In this document: one piece after another, positions 1 to 9,261 of the stretch
Layout of the letters: every line of letters starts with the position of its first letter
How positions within the stretch are numbered: position 1 is the stretch's first letter
DNA from: an uncultured Chitinophagaceae bacterium
GTDB lineage: Bacteria > Bacteroidota > Bacteroidia > Chitinophagales > CAIOSU01
Direction of reading: 5' to 3'
Assembly (NCBI GenBank): GCA_964518215.1
Contig: CAZFFP010000006.1
Span: 13,704-77,703 of the forward strand
DNA length: 64,000 nucleotides
Notes under the pieces: generated by a model
Database searches by the model: none
Seen by the model: the letters and a program-made list of their open reading frames with translations, nothing else
Told to the model about the DNA's origin: nothing
Made by a program: the position numbers and the translations under genes

Positions 1-230
1 GGGTTTTAATTTGCTATGTCGAATTTACTATGAAAAATGTATGTAAAGTAGAATGCAATAATTTTCCCGGAAATTTAATATTAGGAAAGCATATAATGCA
101 ACACCTCACTGCAAGTAGAACAAAACGCAATGAATAATCTTTTAAGCTATAAATACTTAGCTGTTATAGTTCATAAAATTGTTTCCCCGCCTTCAGCGGG
201 AAAACAAATACAAATTTTGAGTCCCCAAAA

Positions 231-1256
231 CTATTCCGCCATTATCACTTCTTCCACTACATCATACTTCTCACGAATTTTGGCTTCTATTTCTAAAGCC
301 GCTTCGGGGTTGTCTTTCAAAAAGTCTTTTACCGATTCGCGACCCTGACCTATTTTGCTGTCGCCATAACTGAACCATGAGCCGCTTTTCTGTAATACTC
401 CGGCAGCTACACCGAGATCCACAATTTCGCCCACTTTTGAAATGCCTTGTCCGTAGATGATGTCGAACTCGGCAACTTTGAATGGTGGAGCCATTTTGTT
501 TTTCACCACTTTCACTTTCACACGGTTGCCCACGATATCGTCTTTCTCTTTGATTTGTCCGATTCTGCGAATATCTAATCTGATAGAAGCATAAAACTTC
601 AGCGCGTTACCACCGGTAGTGGTTTCGGGATTGCCAAACATCACTCCGATCTTCTCGCGCAACTGGTTAATGAAAATGCAACTGCAACCCGATTTATTAA
701 TAGAGCCGGTGAGTTTACGCATTGCCTGCGACATAAGGCGCGCCTGCAAGCCCATTTTCGATTCGCCCATTTCGCCTTCTAATTCTCCGCGAGGCACCAA
801 AGCCGCCACAGAATCAATCACTACAATATCAATAGCTCCTGAACGAATCAGATGCTCGGCAATATCGAGCGCCTGCTCTCCGTCATCGGGCTGGGAGATA
901 AGCAGATTTTCTACATCTACACCTAATTTCTGCGCATAGGCTTTATCGAAAGCATGCTCGGCATCAATAATAGCGGCAATACCGCCTTTCTTTTGCGCTT
1001 CGGCAATGGCATGAATGGCAATAGTGGTTTTTCCGGAAGATTCAGGTCCGTAAATTTCAATGATTCTTCCTCTGGGAAAGCCACCAATACCCAGCGCCAT
1101 ATCTAAGCCTAAGGAGCCGGTCGAAAACGATTCGGTTTGCACCACGCGCTCATCGCCTAATTTCATGATAGCGCCTTTGCCGTATATTTTTTCGAGTTTG
1201 TCAACTGTAAGCTGCAGGGCTTTGAGTTTTTCTTTTTGGTCTTTAATTTCTGACAT
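231..1256 (-). CDS. recA: Recombinase RecA
   Basis: 341-aa ORF with ATG start and TAG stop. Walker A GPESSGKT and full-length RecA signature blocks ([52 protein letters not shown]). Confidence 0.97.
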   Translation of the reverse strand: MSEIKDQKEKLKALQLTVDKLEKIYGKGAIMKLGDERVVQTESFSTGSLGLDMALGIGGFPRGRIIEIYGPESSGKTTIAIHAIAEAQKKGGIAAIIDAEHAFDKAYAQKLGVDVENLLISQPDDGEQALDIAEHLIRSGAIDIVVIDSVAALVPRGELEGEMGESKMGLQARLMSQAMRKLTGSINKSGCSCIFINQLREKIGVMFGNPETTTGGNALKFYASIRLDIRRIGQIKEKDDIVGNRVKVKVVKNKMAPPFKVAEFDIIYGQGISKVGEIVDLGVAAGVLQKSGSWFSYGDSKIGQGRESVKDFLKDNPEAALEIEAKIREKYDVVEEVIMAE

Positions 1257-1360
1257 AGGTTTTTGATTTTAGAATTTTAGAATGCAGAAGTCAAATTGCG
1301 ATGTTTGTAGTAAAGAAATTTCAAAAGCTAAATAAAATCTCACTTCTGAAATCTGACTTC

Positions 1361-2047
1361 CTATTTCTGACTTCCGTTGCGTGAAGATAGTTTTTTTGAA
1401 GGTTTTTTCTTCTCTTGTTGCTGAAAATATTTACAAACATTTTTTAATTCGCAGGAAGCACATTTGGGATTGCGCGCAATACACGTATAGCGCCCATGCA
1501 AAATAAGCCAGTGGTGTGCTTCGGGTATTATTTCCTTCGGAATATACTTGATCAATTGTTGTTCGGTTTGCAGAGGAGTTTTGGCGCTCTGCGTAAGCCC
1601 GATGCGGGCAGAAACGCGATGTACATGAGTATCTACCGCCAAATTGGGTTGCTCGAATAATACAGAAGTAATGACGTGAGCGGTTTTTCTGCCAACGCCC
1701 GGCAGCTTCATTAATGCTTCTACAGTGGAAGGCACTTCGCCCAAATGTTGTTGCACCAACATTTCCGCCATACCCAGCAAGTGTTTGGTTTTGTTGTTGG
1801 GATAGCTGATGCTGCGGATATAAGAAAATAATTCATCGAAATGACTTTTTGCTAATGCCTGTGGCGTTGGAAATCGCTCGAACAAGGCGGGTGTAACCAT
1901 GTTCACCCGCTTATCGGTGCATTGTGCCGATAGAATGACCGACACCAACAATTCGTATGGATTATTATGATGCAATTCGGTTTCTGCCTGCGGAAATTTT
2001 TTAGAAAGTATTTCTAAAACCGTATCGAACAATTCTTTTTTACGCAT
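1361..2047 (-). CDS. nth: Endonuclease III (DNA-(apurinic/apyrimidinic site) lyase)
   Basis: 228-aa ORF. HhH-GPD motif LPGVGRKTAHVI, VDTHVHRV, and C-terminal 4Fe-4S ligands CX6CX2CX5C (CIARNPKCASCELKNVC). Confidence 0.93.
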   Translation of the reverse strand: MRKKELFDTVLEILSKKFPQAETELHHNNPYELLVSVILSAQCTDKRVNMVTPALFERFPTPQALAKSHFDELFSYIRSISYPNNKTKHLLGMAEMLVQQHLGEVPSTVEALMKLPGVGRKTAHVITSVLFEQPNLAVDTHVHRVSARIGLTQSAKTPLQTEQQLIKYIPKEIIPEAHHWLILHGRYTCIARNPKCASCELKNVCKYFQQQEKKKPSKKLSSRNGSQK

Positions 2048-2264
2048 GAGGCAAAGCTAATATAGCAAGAGTTATGAATTATTTCTTGCAAGCAATAATT
2101 ATTTTAGTATTGTGGTAATCTGAACTTACCTCGCCTCCGATACTGTTTCAAAAGTCTGAAAATATCATTCTGAATTTTCCTGCTGCGTAAAAAACAGGGA
2201 CACCATATCGAAGGATAAAAGCATTTGTAACTGCCTGACTAAGTATGTATTAAGTTTTAATTTT

Positions 2265-2307
2265 CTTTTAAAAATAAAAACCCTTACAGTATTAAACTAT
2301 AAGGGTT
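2265..2307 (-). terminator. Rho-independent terminator downstream of tRNA-Cys
   Basis: Hairpin 2279-2290 / 2296-2307 (aacccttacagt / actataagggtt, 11 of 12 pairs, 5-nt loop). On the minus strand it is followed by tttttatttttaa, and it lies 12 nt past the tRNA 3' end. Confidence 0.7.
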
Positions 2308-2318
2308 GAATTCTTTTG

Positions 2319-2389
2319 AGGTCGGAAGCGGATTCGAACCGCTGTAGCAGCTTTTGCAGAGCTGAGCCTAACCACTCGGCCATCCGACC
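2319..2389 (-). tRNA. tRNA-Cys (anticodon GCA)
   Basis: 71-nt cloverleaf read on the minus strand: acceptor GGTCGGA/TCCGACC, D arm GCC-GAGTGGTTA-GGC, anticodon arm CAGCT-CTGCAAA-AGCTG, 4-nt variable loop, T arm AGCGG-TTCGAAT-CCGCT. Discriminator is U73, the CysRS identity base. CCA is not encoded. Confidence 0.9.
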
Positions 2390-2532
2390 GTTTAAGTCAA
2401 TCGCAAAAGTATGATTTTTTGGCGGGTTTTAAAATTTATGATTTTGCGCAGCCTTTAACTATGATGAAAGTTCTTGCATTTAGAAAATTTCAGCATCAAG
2501 CAAAAAATGCTGACTTTTGTTCGCTGTTATTT

Positions 2533-2606
2533 TGAGATGCAGCATAGTTTAAATACACGTTACCTTTTAAAGGAAGTGATCGCGGGTTCGAATCCTGCCA
2601 CCCCAA
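2533..2606 (+). pseudogene. tRNA-Gln-like cloverleaf with anticodon TTA; probable decayed tRNA paralogue
   Basis: 74 nt in exact tRNA register. Acceptor TGAGATG/CACCCCA has 5/7 pairs with two A-C mismatches. D arm GCAT-AGTTTAAAT-ACAC has 2/4 pairs and no GG in the loop. Anticodon arm is TTACC-TTTTAAA-GGAAG. T arm GCGGG-TTCGAAT-CCTGC is canonical. Discriminator is A. Confidence 0.45.
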
Positions 2607-2666
2607 TATATTATACTCTTGGTTGCCGATATTTCTAATTTTTGATTGCCCAGTAATTTTATAGCA

Positions 2667-3473
2667 ATGATTGAAAAATTCATCACCTTCCAAAATACCG
2701 TTTGCAGGTATTTTATATCGGGCAGCGGCAAACCCCTGATGCTGGTTCATGGATTTTGTGGAGAAGCAATGGTGTGGAAACAACTGATGGATTGGCTTCC
2801 GAAAAAATACCAAATCATTGTCCCCGATTTGCCGGGCTATGGAAATTCCGGATTCAATATTGAGCCTGAAAATGTCTCGATAGAATTTTATGCCGAATAT
2901 TTGAACGAAATACTTCAGCAAGAGAAAATTGAAAGCATTCATTTGGTGGGGCATTCCATGGGCGGATACACCGCATTGGCATTTGCAGAAAAATTTCCCG
3001 GAAAAACGTCTAAGTTGTGTTTTTTTCATTCGCATCCTTATGCAGACGATGAAGAAAAGAAAACAGGCAGAAAAAAAGTGATTCAGTTTATCGAAAAAAA
3101 TGGCTCGGAATTATTTGTAAATGAATTGTACAGCACTTTATTTGCTCCCGCATTTTATGATAAAAATCCGGCACAAGTGGCTGCAATAAAAAAGCAAGCG
3201 GCAAAGTATTCTCCACTATCGCTCATTGGGTCATGTTATGCAATGATAAACAGAAAAGACCGCAGCGCCATCATGAAACAACTCGATGTTCCCGTGCTGC
3301 TCATTATAGGCAAACAGGATAATGCTATTCCTTATCAATGGAGTCTCCAAATGTGTTCTTTGGCTCCTGTTTCTGAAATACATTTGCTCGATGATACAGG
3401 ACACATGGGCATGCTCGAAGACACTGAAAAATGTGCTGCAATCATCCATCGTTTTTTAGAAACCGAATTTTAA
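2667..3473 (+). CDS. Alpha/beta-fold hydrolase
   Basis: HGF oxyanion region (LMLVHGFCGE), nucleophile elbow GHSMGG, and C-terminal DTGHMGM histidine. ATG at 2667 is preferred over the TTG at 2646 used by the ORF track. Confidence 0.8.
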   Translation: MIEKFITFQNTVCRYFISGSGKPLMLVHGFCGEAMVWKQLMDWLPKKYQIIVPDLPGYGNSGFNIEPENVSIEFYAEYLNEILQQEKIESIHLVGHSMGGYTALAFAEKFPGKTSKLCFFHSHPYADDEEKKTGRKKVIQFIEKNGSELFVNELYSTLFAPAFYDKNPAQVAAIKKQAAKYSPLSLIGSCYAMINRKDRSAIMKQLDVPVLLIIGKQDNAIPYQWSLQMCSLAPVSEIHLLDDTGHMGMLEDTEKCAAIIHRFLETEF

Positions 3474-3495
3474 TAACTGAAATAAAACCAACCTT

Positions 3496-4107
3496 ATGAA
3501 AATATTTTGTGTAGGCAGAAATTATGCGCTTCATGCCCGCGAACTCAACAATGAAGTGCCCACCGAGCCGGTAATTTTTATGAAACCTGCTACTGCTTTG
3601 CTGAAAGATGGAGCCGATTTCTTTTATCCCGATTTTTCTTCTTCCATTCATTATGAATGTGAATTGGTATTGCGCATTTCGAAACACGGCAAACATGTTC
3701 AGGAAAAATTTGCACATAAATATTTCGATGCCCTTACTGTTGGCATTGATTTTACCGCGCGCGATATTCAGGCAAAACTGAAAGACAAAGGCTTGCCTTG
3801 GGAAATTGCCAAAGCATTTGACGGCTCAGCCGTTGCAGGAAAATTTATTGATATAAGTAATTTTTCAAATTCGGATTCTATATTGTTTTCTTTGAAAAAA
3901 AATGGAGTATTGGTTCAGCAGGGCAACAGTGATGACATGATATTTTCGTTCAAAAGAATCATATCGTATGTTTCTTCATTTTTTACTTTGCAAAAAGGCG
4001 ATTTAATTTATACCGGCACACCTGCCGGAGTTGGTGAAGTGCAAAAAGGCGATTTGCTCGAAGGCTTTATTCGCGAAGAAAAAGTAATGGAGTGTAACGT
4101 AAAGTGA
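3496..4107 (+). CDS. Fumarylacetoacetate hydrolase (FAH) family protein
   Basis: 203-aa ORF. N-terminus KIFCVGRNYALHARE...PVIFMKP and C-terminal GDLIYTGTPAGVG are typical of small FAH-family isomerases/hydrolases. Confidence 0.8.
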   Translation: MKIFCVGRNYALHARELNNEVPTEPVIFMKPATALLKDGADFFYPDFSSSIHYECELVLRISKHGKHVQEKFAHKYFDALTVGIDFTARDIQAKLKDKGLPWEIAKAFDGSAVAGKFIDISNFSNSDSILFSLKKNGVLVQQGNSDDMIFSFKRIISYVSSFFTLQKGDLIYTGTPAGVGEVQKGDLLEGFIREEKVMECNVK

Positions 4108-4115
4108 ATACTAAA

Positions 4116-5573
4116 TTACCACTGAGTCAGCGTGCCGCACTCGTCCACACAGTTGCCGTATTTATTAATGTAGTATGATTTACCGTTTTCCGACACATTG
4201 GCTATTCCGCTTTGAAATATTGATGCGCTGGTAAACTTCGGTTTCACTATCCAATTACCATTTACATCTATGAACCCCCAAAGTCCGTTGAATTTTACCG
4301 TAGCTACACCTTCATGAAATTCATACACATCTTCAAACATGGGCGACACAATAATATTCCCATCAGGACCTTTGAACCCGTATAATCCATGTTGATTCCT
4401 AAATACCGAATAATCTCTTTTAGATTTCTTCTTAACCGGTGTTATTTTCTGGGTTTCCTTTTTCCCGGCTTGATCGTTAGCCAATGCCATTTCTTTTTCA
4501 GAATTATTTGCAGGCAACTGAATGTTTGAAACCAATTCAGGCACATTGGAAGATTGTTGGGTTTCGGCAGTTATATTTTCTGAAATAGGCTGATGATTTT
4601 TTCTCAAAAAAATCATCGAATAAACGGCTACGACACCCACCAATATTATTGCAAAAAATATCAGTTGTCTTTCCTGTCTTTTGGGGTTTTGATTTTGTGT
4701 TGTTGGTTCTGAAGCGGAAACAGGAGCGGCATGATTTGGTAAAGTTTCAGAAGCAGATGGCGGAACAGCAACAGTAGTAGTTGCTGCCTCCACTACGATA
4801 TTTTTTTCAGGAGAAAAAACACACAGCATTTCTACCGAAGGTCGTTCCTCCGGTTGAACGCTCATGCAGTCGGCAACAACTTTTTTAAATGCCGGGGAAA
4901 AGTCGCCATGAAGTCTTGGGACTTGCGCTCCTTTGAGCAAAGCAATGCCACCCAAGCCTTCCCACGGAAGACTTCCTGTGCATAATTGATGCATTAAAAC
5001 GCCCAAAGCAAACACATCGCTCGAAGTTTCATAATGGGGTTGCTCATTCAGCATTTCGGGAGCCATGTATGGCAAATAAGCCTGCTGCTGTTCGGGAGAA
5101 ATTTCACTTTGCCTTTTAAACGGTCCCAACACAAATTGCTGCTGAACAATAAAAATATTGGCAGGATAAATATTTCGGTGCAAAACTTTTTCATGATGCA
5201 AAGCCGCCAAACCCGATGCAAGCGATTGCATGATTTGAACCGCTTCAGCTTCTGAAAATTTCTTTTCCTGTTGTATGAATGTTTTTAACGAGCCACCATC
5301 GGCATGTGGAAACACCATGTAGGAATAGCCCTGCCATTCGTCATAATGCAAAGGGGTCAATAAATGCGGATGCCTGATTTGCGACAGCAATAAATATTCC
5401 TTGAGTAGTTGCGATGCGGCAAAAGCATCGTTGGCTTCAGCGCAAAGTTTAATGGTATGCACCGACTTTGTTTTTACATCTTCCGCTTTCCACGATTCCG
5501 ACATATCGGTAGTGCCCGCACGTTGCAGCAATTTGTAGCGTTCTGCAAAAAGAGTGTTGGATGTCAGCGACAT
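4116..5573 (-). CDS. Membrane-anchored Ser/Thr protein-kinase-like protein (predicted pseudokinase) with C-terminal WG repeats
   Basis: 485 aa. The Hanks kinase scaffold is recognisable (beta3 K in HTIKL, APE in YMAPEML, SDVFALGVLMHQL, PEERPS). The catalytic loop reads HRNIYPAN (HRD -> HRN), the DFG position reads LGPF, and the Gly loop is degenerate. One TM helix (LIFFAIILVGVVAVYSMIFL) is followed by WG-type repeats (GLYGFKGPDGNIIV, GLWGFIDVNGNWIV). Confidence 0.8.
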   Translation of the reverse strand: MSLTSNTLFAERYKLLQRAGTTDMSESWKAEDVKTKSVHTIKLCAEANDAFAASQLLKEYLLLSQIRHPHLLTPLHYDEWQGYSYMVFPHADGGSLKTFIQQEKKFSEAEAVQIMQSLASGLAALHHEKVLHRNIYPANIFIVQQQFVLGPFKRQSEISPEQQQAYLPYMAPEMLNEQPHYETSSDVFALGVLMHQLCTGSLPWEGLGGIALLKGAQVPRLHGDFSPAFKKVVADCMSVQPEERPSVEMLCVFSPEKNIVVEAATTTVAVPPSASETLPNHAAPVSASEPTTQNQNPKRQERQLIFFAIILVGVVAVYSMIFLRKNHQPISENITAETQQSSNVPELVSNIQLPANNSEKEMALANDQAGKKETQKITPVKKKSKRDYSVFRNQHGLYGFKGPDGNIIVSPMFEDVYEFHEGVATVKFNGLWGFIDVNGNWIVKPKFTSASIFQSGIANVSENGKSYYINKYGNCVDECGTLTQW

Positions 5574-5743
5574 AATGGGTTCAAAGTTACCGATGAATCA
5601 ACCGAGTTTCTTTTGTTGAAATAAATGAAAGCTAACAATATTAAAAGGTTTGTCCATAAATGTAGAATAAAATTACGAACTGAATTAAATTCATTTTCAA
5701 CCAAAATTGTAAACCATTATTCAATGTCTAATTTTGCTTAACA

Positions 5744-6700
5744 TTGAAAAAAGGCACCGACATAGCATTAGCCAAACAGTTTTTAGCTGCGGGCGAATTA
5801 GTGGCAATTCCAACTGAAACAGTATATGGATTAGCCGCTAACGGATTCAATACCGATGCTGTATTAAAAATATACAAAGCGAAAAATCGTCCGGCATTCA
5901 ATCCGTTGATTTTACATGTGGCAGACGTTGAAGCAGCCGCACCTCTCACGAAAATATTTTCTGAAAAAGCGAAAATATTAGCGCAAAAATTTTGGCCCGG
6001 ACCACTCACATTAGTATTGCCCAAAAGCGATTTAGTTCCCGATATTGTTACTGCCGGCAACGATACGGTTGCCATCCGAGTGCCTAATCATGACCTTACA
6101 TTGGAATTATTGAAAACGCTCCACTTTCCATTGGCTGCGCCAAGCGCCAATCCCTCCGGATATATCAGCCCTACCGAAGCCGACCATGTATTACAGCAAT
6201 TAGGCGAAGAAGTTCAATATGTTTTAGATGGCGGAAAATGTTCTGTGGGCATTGAATCTACCATTGTAAAAGTAGCGGACGATAAAGTTTTTATTCTTCG
6301 TTTGGGGGGCTTGTCGTTGGAAAAAATAGAAGCAGTAGTGGGCAAAACAGAAACAATTATAAATACTGAAATCACCGAAGCCCCCGGAATGCTTGTTTCA
6401 CATTATGCTCCCAAAGCCAAAGTGATTATAGGCAACATTGCTTCAAACATTGCAAAATATCGGGGCAATAAAATCGGAGTATTGTCTTTTGCAAAAGGCA
6501 TTTTGTCTGACGATATAGTTTGCACCATAGACCTTTCGCCTAAAGGCGATACTGATGAGGCTGCCAGAAATATTTTTGCTTACCTGCGCAAATTAGATGA
6601 GCGCCATTTGGATATTATCCTTACTGAATTTATTCCGAATGAAGGCCTGGGAAGAGCAGTGAACGACCGACTGCAAAGGGCTGCTGCGGAGCGAAGTTGA
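5744..6700 (+). CDS. tsaC: L-threonylcarbamoyladenylate synthase (Sua5/YwlC-type TsaC)
   Basis: 318 aa. YrdC-domain motifs PTETVYGLAAN and KNRPAFNPLILHV, plus a C-terminal Sua5 domain. The only in-frame start is the TTG at 5744, so the start is uncertain. Confidence 0.88.
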   Translation: MKKGTDIALAKQFLAAGELVAIPTETVYGLAANGFNTDAVLKIYKAKNRPAFNPLILHVADVEAAAPLTKIFSEKAKILAQKFWPGPLTLVLPKSDLVPDIVTAGNDTVAIRVPNHDLTLELLKTLHFPLAAPSANPSGYISPTEADHVLQQLGEEVQYVLDGGKCSVGIESTIVKVADDKVFILRLGGLSLEKIEAVVGKTETIINTEITEAPGMLVSHYAPKAKVIIGNIASNIAKYRGNKIGVLSFAKGILSDDIVCTIDLSPKGDTDEAARNIFAYLRKLDERHLDIILTEFIPNEGLGRAVNDRLQRAAAERS

Positions 6701-6729
6701 AGCAGGTGATTATCATTTAATTTCACATC

Positions 6730-7785
6730 ATGAAAATTCCCCGTCAGTTTCAGCAACAGGCCATCAGCAAAAAGAAAATTATTTATAAGGTTAAAAATGA
6801 TTTGAGAGCGTATCTCGAAGAGTTCAATCGCGAAATCAATTTGCCCGTGAGTTATGCCGACCTCAAAAATTTTCAGGGCAGTTTTGCTATTCACGATAAA
6901 AAAGGCAACGATACTTTATGGGAAGCCGCCTTATACAATCCGGGCGATAAAGAATATCTGCACGATGGATTGAAACACATCTATTCTATTTTGAAAACCG
7001 GTGGCGACACTTCTGTTCATAAACATCTGCATGTGGAACGGGTGGATTACTGCACCTTTGGAAATTCCAATCCTTTCCGTATCAAAATAGTCAACGACTT
7101 TAACGATAATTACGATTACTTCTATATTAAACAGGCAGACGCTTCGCGCATTTATGGTTTGGAACTGGAACATATTCTTTCTCCTTCTCGCATCAATTAT
7201 TTTGTAGATGACTTTACGCTCATAGAAGAACATATTGCGGGCGTTCCGGGCGACCAGTTTATTCTTTTTCATTTGCAAAATCCCGAATTCAACAAAGTGC
7301 GGGTAGCCAAAGAATTTGTGAAATTTAACGAGCGTTGCTTTGTGCGCTTGTTGGGCGACATGCGCTCCTATAATTATGTATTTGATATCACTCCCGATTT
7401 TGAAGAAGTGCAGTTTCGAATCCGCGCCATTGATTTCGACCAACAGAGTTATGAAGGCAAACGCACTTTATATCTGCCACAGTTTTTTAAAGAAAACATT
7501 GCGTTGGTAGAGCTGACCTTAAGTCGCCTGAGCAAGGATAATATTGAACAATATCAAAAAGAAGAGCGCACATTAATTGCGCAGCGCAGCACCACTTCGC
7601 GCCACCGGCTGAACCATTTGCTCGATGTGATGAGCCAAGATGAAATTGCTCCGAAAGAAAAAGTATTGCAGTTGAGCCGTGAAATGAGCACGCATTATAA
7701 GAATGATATTTTCAATACATGCAAATCAATGGGCGACATTGTAAGGCAAAGCTTGAAGTTGCTTACAGATACTTCAAAAAAGTAA
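6730..7785 (+). CDS. Hypothetical protein with protein-kinase-like motif spacing
   Basis: 351-aa ORF with ATG start and no antisense competitor of comparable quality. It contains FYIKQ ... LIEEHIAGVPG ... LLGDMRSYNYVF ... IRAIDFDQQ, resembling the K / hinge / DxxxxN / DFD order of kinase-like folds. I do not recognise the family. Confidence 0.6.
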   Translation: MKIPRQFQQQAISKKKIIYKVKNDLRAYLEEFNREINLPVSYADLKNFQGSFAIHDKKGNDTLWEAALYNPGDKEYLHDGLKHIYSILKTGGDTSVHKHLHVERVDYCTFGNSNPFRIKIVNDFNDNYDYFYIKQADASRIYGLELEHILSPSRINYFVDDFTLIEEHIAGVPGDQFILFHLQNPEFNKVRVAKEFVKFNERCFVRLLGDMRSYNYVFDITPDFEEVQFRIRAIDFDQQSYEGKRTLYLPQFFKENIALVELTLSRLSKDNIEQYQKEERTLIAQRSTTSRHRLNHLLDVMSQDEIAPKEKVLQLSREMSTHYKNDIFNTCKSMGDIVRQSLKLLTDTSKK

Positions 7786-7841
7786 AATTCTCATGGTGCT
7801 TTTGTTTAAAATCGCCTGTGTTTTCAAAAATACTTGAGTGG

Positions 7842-7876
7842 TTTGTTTCAGAATAACCGCACAAATGTTAGTTTTG
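7842..7876 (+). promoter_or_regulatory. Candidate Bacteroidota sigma-A promoter for gltA
   Basis: TAGTTTTG at 7869-7876 matches the -7 consensus TAnnTTTG exactly. A TTTG lies at 7842-7845; the 23-nt spacing is at the long end of the range. The start codon is 44 nt downstream of the -7 box. Confidence 0.35.
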
Positions 7877-7919
7877 TGGGTATTCCATTCATTATACAAC
7901 AACCCATATTTTCAATATT

Positions 7920-9209
7920 ATGTCTGAAAAAGCAAAACTTCAATTAGGAGACAAAAGCTACGAACTCCCTGTTTTTACCGGAACGGAAAATGAACCTGCC
8001 ATTGACATTTCCAAACTGCGCGACCAGTCCGGGTACGTTACATTGGATACCGGATACAAAAATACCGGAGCGACCAAAAGCGCCATCACTTTTTTAGATG
8101 GAGAGTTGGGTATTTTGCGCTATCGCGGTTATCCTATCGAACAGTTGGCAGAGCAATCAGACTTCATGGAAGTATCTTATTTGTTGTTGCATGGCGAATT
8201 GCCTACCAAAGAACAATACGACAACTTTTGCACTACTATTACCAGACATACTTTGGTGCATGAAGACATGAAAAAGATTTTCGATGCCTATCCCACCAAT
8301 TCTCACCCGATGGGAATTCTGATTGCTATGGTGTCTTCTTTGTCTTCATTTTATCCGCAGTCGTTAGACCCCAATCGTCCGACAGATAAAAAAATGCTAA
8401 CCGTACATCGCCTTTTGGCTAAGATGCCCACATTAGTGGCAATGGTTATGAAGAAAGCCGTAGGACATCCGGTGAATTATCCTAAAAACAATTTAGACTA
8501 CGTTTCAAATTTTCTATACATGGCTTTCGGGCACGTTACCGAAGAATATGTAAACGACCCGGTGTTGGTAGATGCCATGAATAAATTATTGATTCTTCAT
8601 GCCGACCACGAGCAAAACTGTTCTACTTCAACCGTTCGTTTGGTAGGCTCGTCTCAATCGAATCTTTACGCTTCTGTAGCTGCCGGTATTGCTGCGCTTT
8701 GGGGACCTTTGCATGGAGGAGCCAATCAGGAAGTTATTGAAATGCTCGAAGCCATTAAAGCCGATGGCGGCAATGTTCAGAAATTTATCGATAAGGCAAA
8801 ATCTAAAGACGATCCATTCCGCCTGATGGGCTTTGGACACCGGGTTTACAAAAATTTCGACCCCCGTGCAAAAATTATCAAAACCGCCTGCGATAATGTT
8901 TTAAATAAATTAGGCGTGAATGACCCGATTCTCGAAATTGCCAAAAAATTAGAAGAGGTAGCATTAAAAGACCCTTATTTTGTGGAAAGAAAATTATACC
9001 CTAATGTAGATTTCTATTCGGGAATTATTTATCGCGCTATGGGCTTCCCCGTAGATATGTTTACGGTGCTGTTTGCTTTAGGTCGTTTACCCGGATGGAT
9101 TGCACAATGGAAAGAATTAGTTGAGCAAAATCAACCCATAGGTCGTCCACGCCAGATTTATACCGGACAAACCGAGCGACAATTTGTAGCGGTAGATAAG
9201 AGAAAATAA
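7920..9209 (+). CDS. gltA: Citrate synthase
   Basis: 429 aa. Catalytic signatures LILHADHEQNCSTS and GFGHRVYKNFDPRA, full length. Confidence 0.96.
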   Translation: MSEKAKLQLGDKSYELPVFTGTENEPAIDISKLRDQSGYVTLDTGYKNTGATKSAITFLDGELGILRYRGYPIEQLAEQSDFMEVSYLLLHGELPTKEQYDNFCTTITRHTLVHEDMKKIFDAYPTNSHPMGILIAMVSSLSSFYPQSLDPNRPTDKKMLTVHRLLAKMPTLVAMVMKKAVGHPVNYPKNNLDYVSNFLYMAFGHVTEEYVNDPVLVDAMNKLLILHADHEQNCSTSTVRLVGSSQSNLYASVAAGIAALWGPLHGGANQEVIEMLEAIKADGGNVQKFIDKAKSKDDPFRLMGFGHRVYKNFDPRAKIIKTACDNVLNKLGVNDPILEIAKKLEEVALKDPYFVERKLYPNVDFYSGIIYRAMGFPVDMFTVLFALGRLPGWIAQWKELVEQNQPIGRPRQIYTGQTERQFVAVDKRK

Positions 9210-9261
9210 TTTTTAGAAATATCATTCTTGAAGTTTGGATGCCTTATAAAAAATCAACTAA

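Noticed and set aside
181-205. Short hairpin (cccgc/gcggg plus A/T extension) downstream of recA as a terminator.
   Set aside because: Only 5 GC pairs and no convincing U-tract on the recA strand. The support is too weak to report as a feature.
2420-2606. Possible tmRNA or intron-containing tRNA, using tggcggg (2420-2426) as a 5' acceptor strand, or a tmRNA-like 3' end at 2582-2606.
   Set aside because: No GGGG(C/T)TG 5' end lies at a suitable distance. A functional tRNA-Cys sits inside the would-be tmRNA span on the other strand. The T arm would be out of register for the alternative acceptor pairing.
2496-3035. 179-aa minus-strand ORF covering the tRNA-like element and the start of the hydrolase gene.
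   Set aside because: It overlaps a supported plus-strand CDS and an RNA-like element. The translation is not protein-like.
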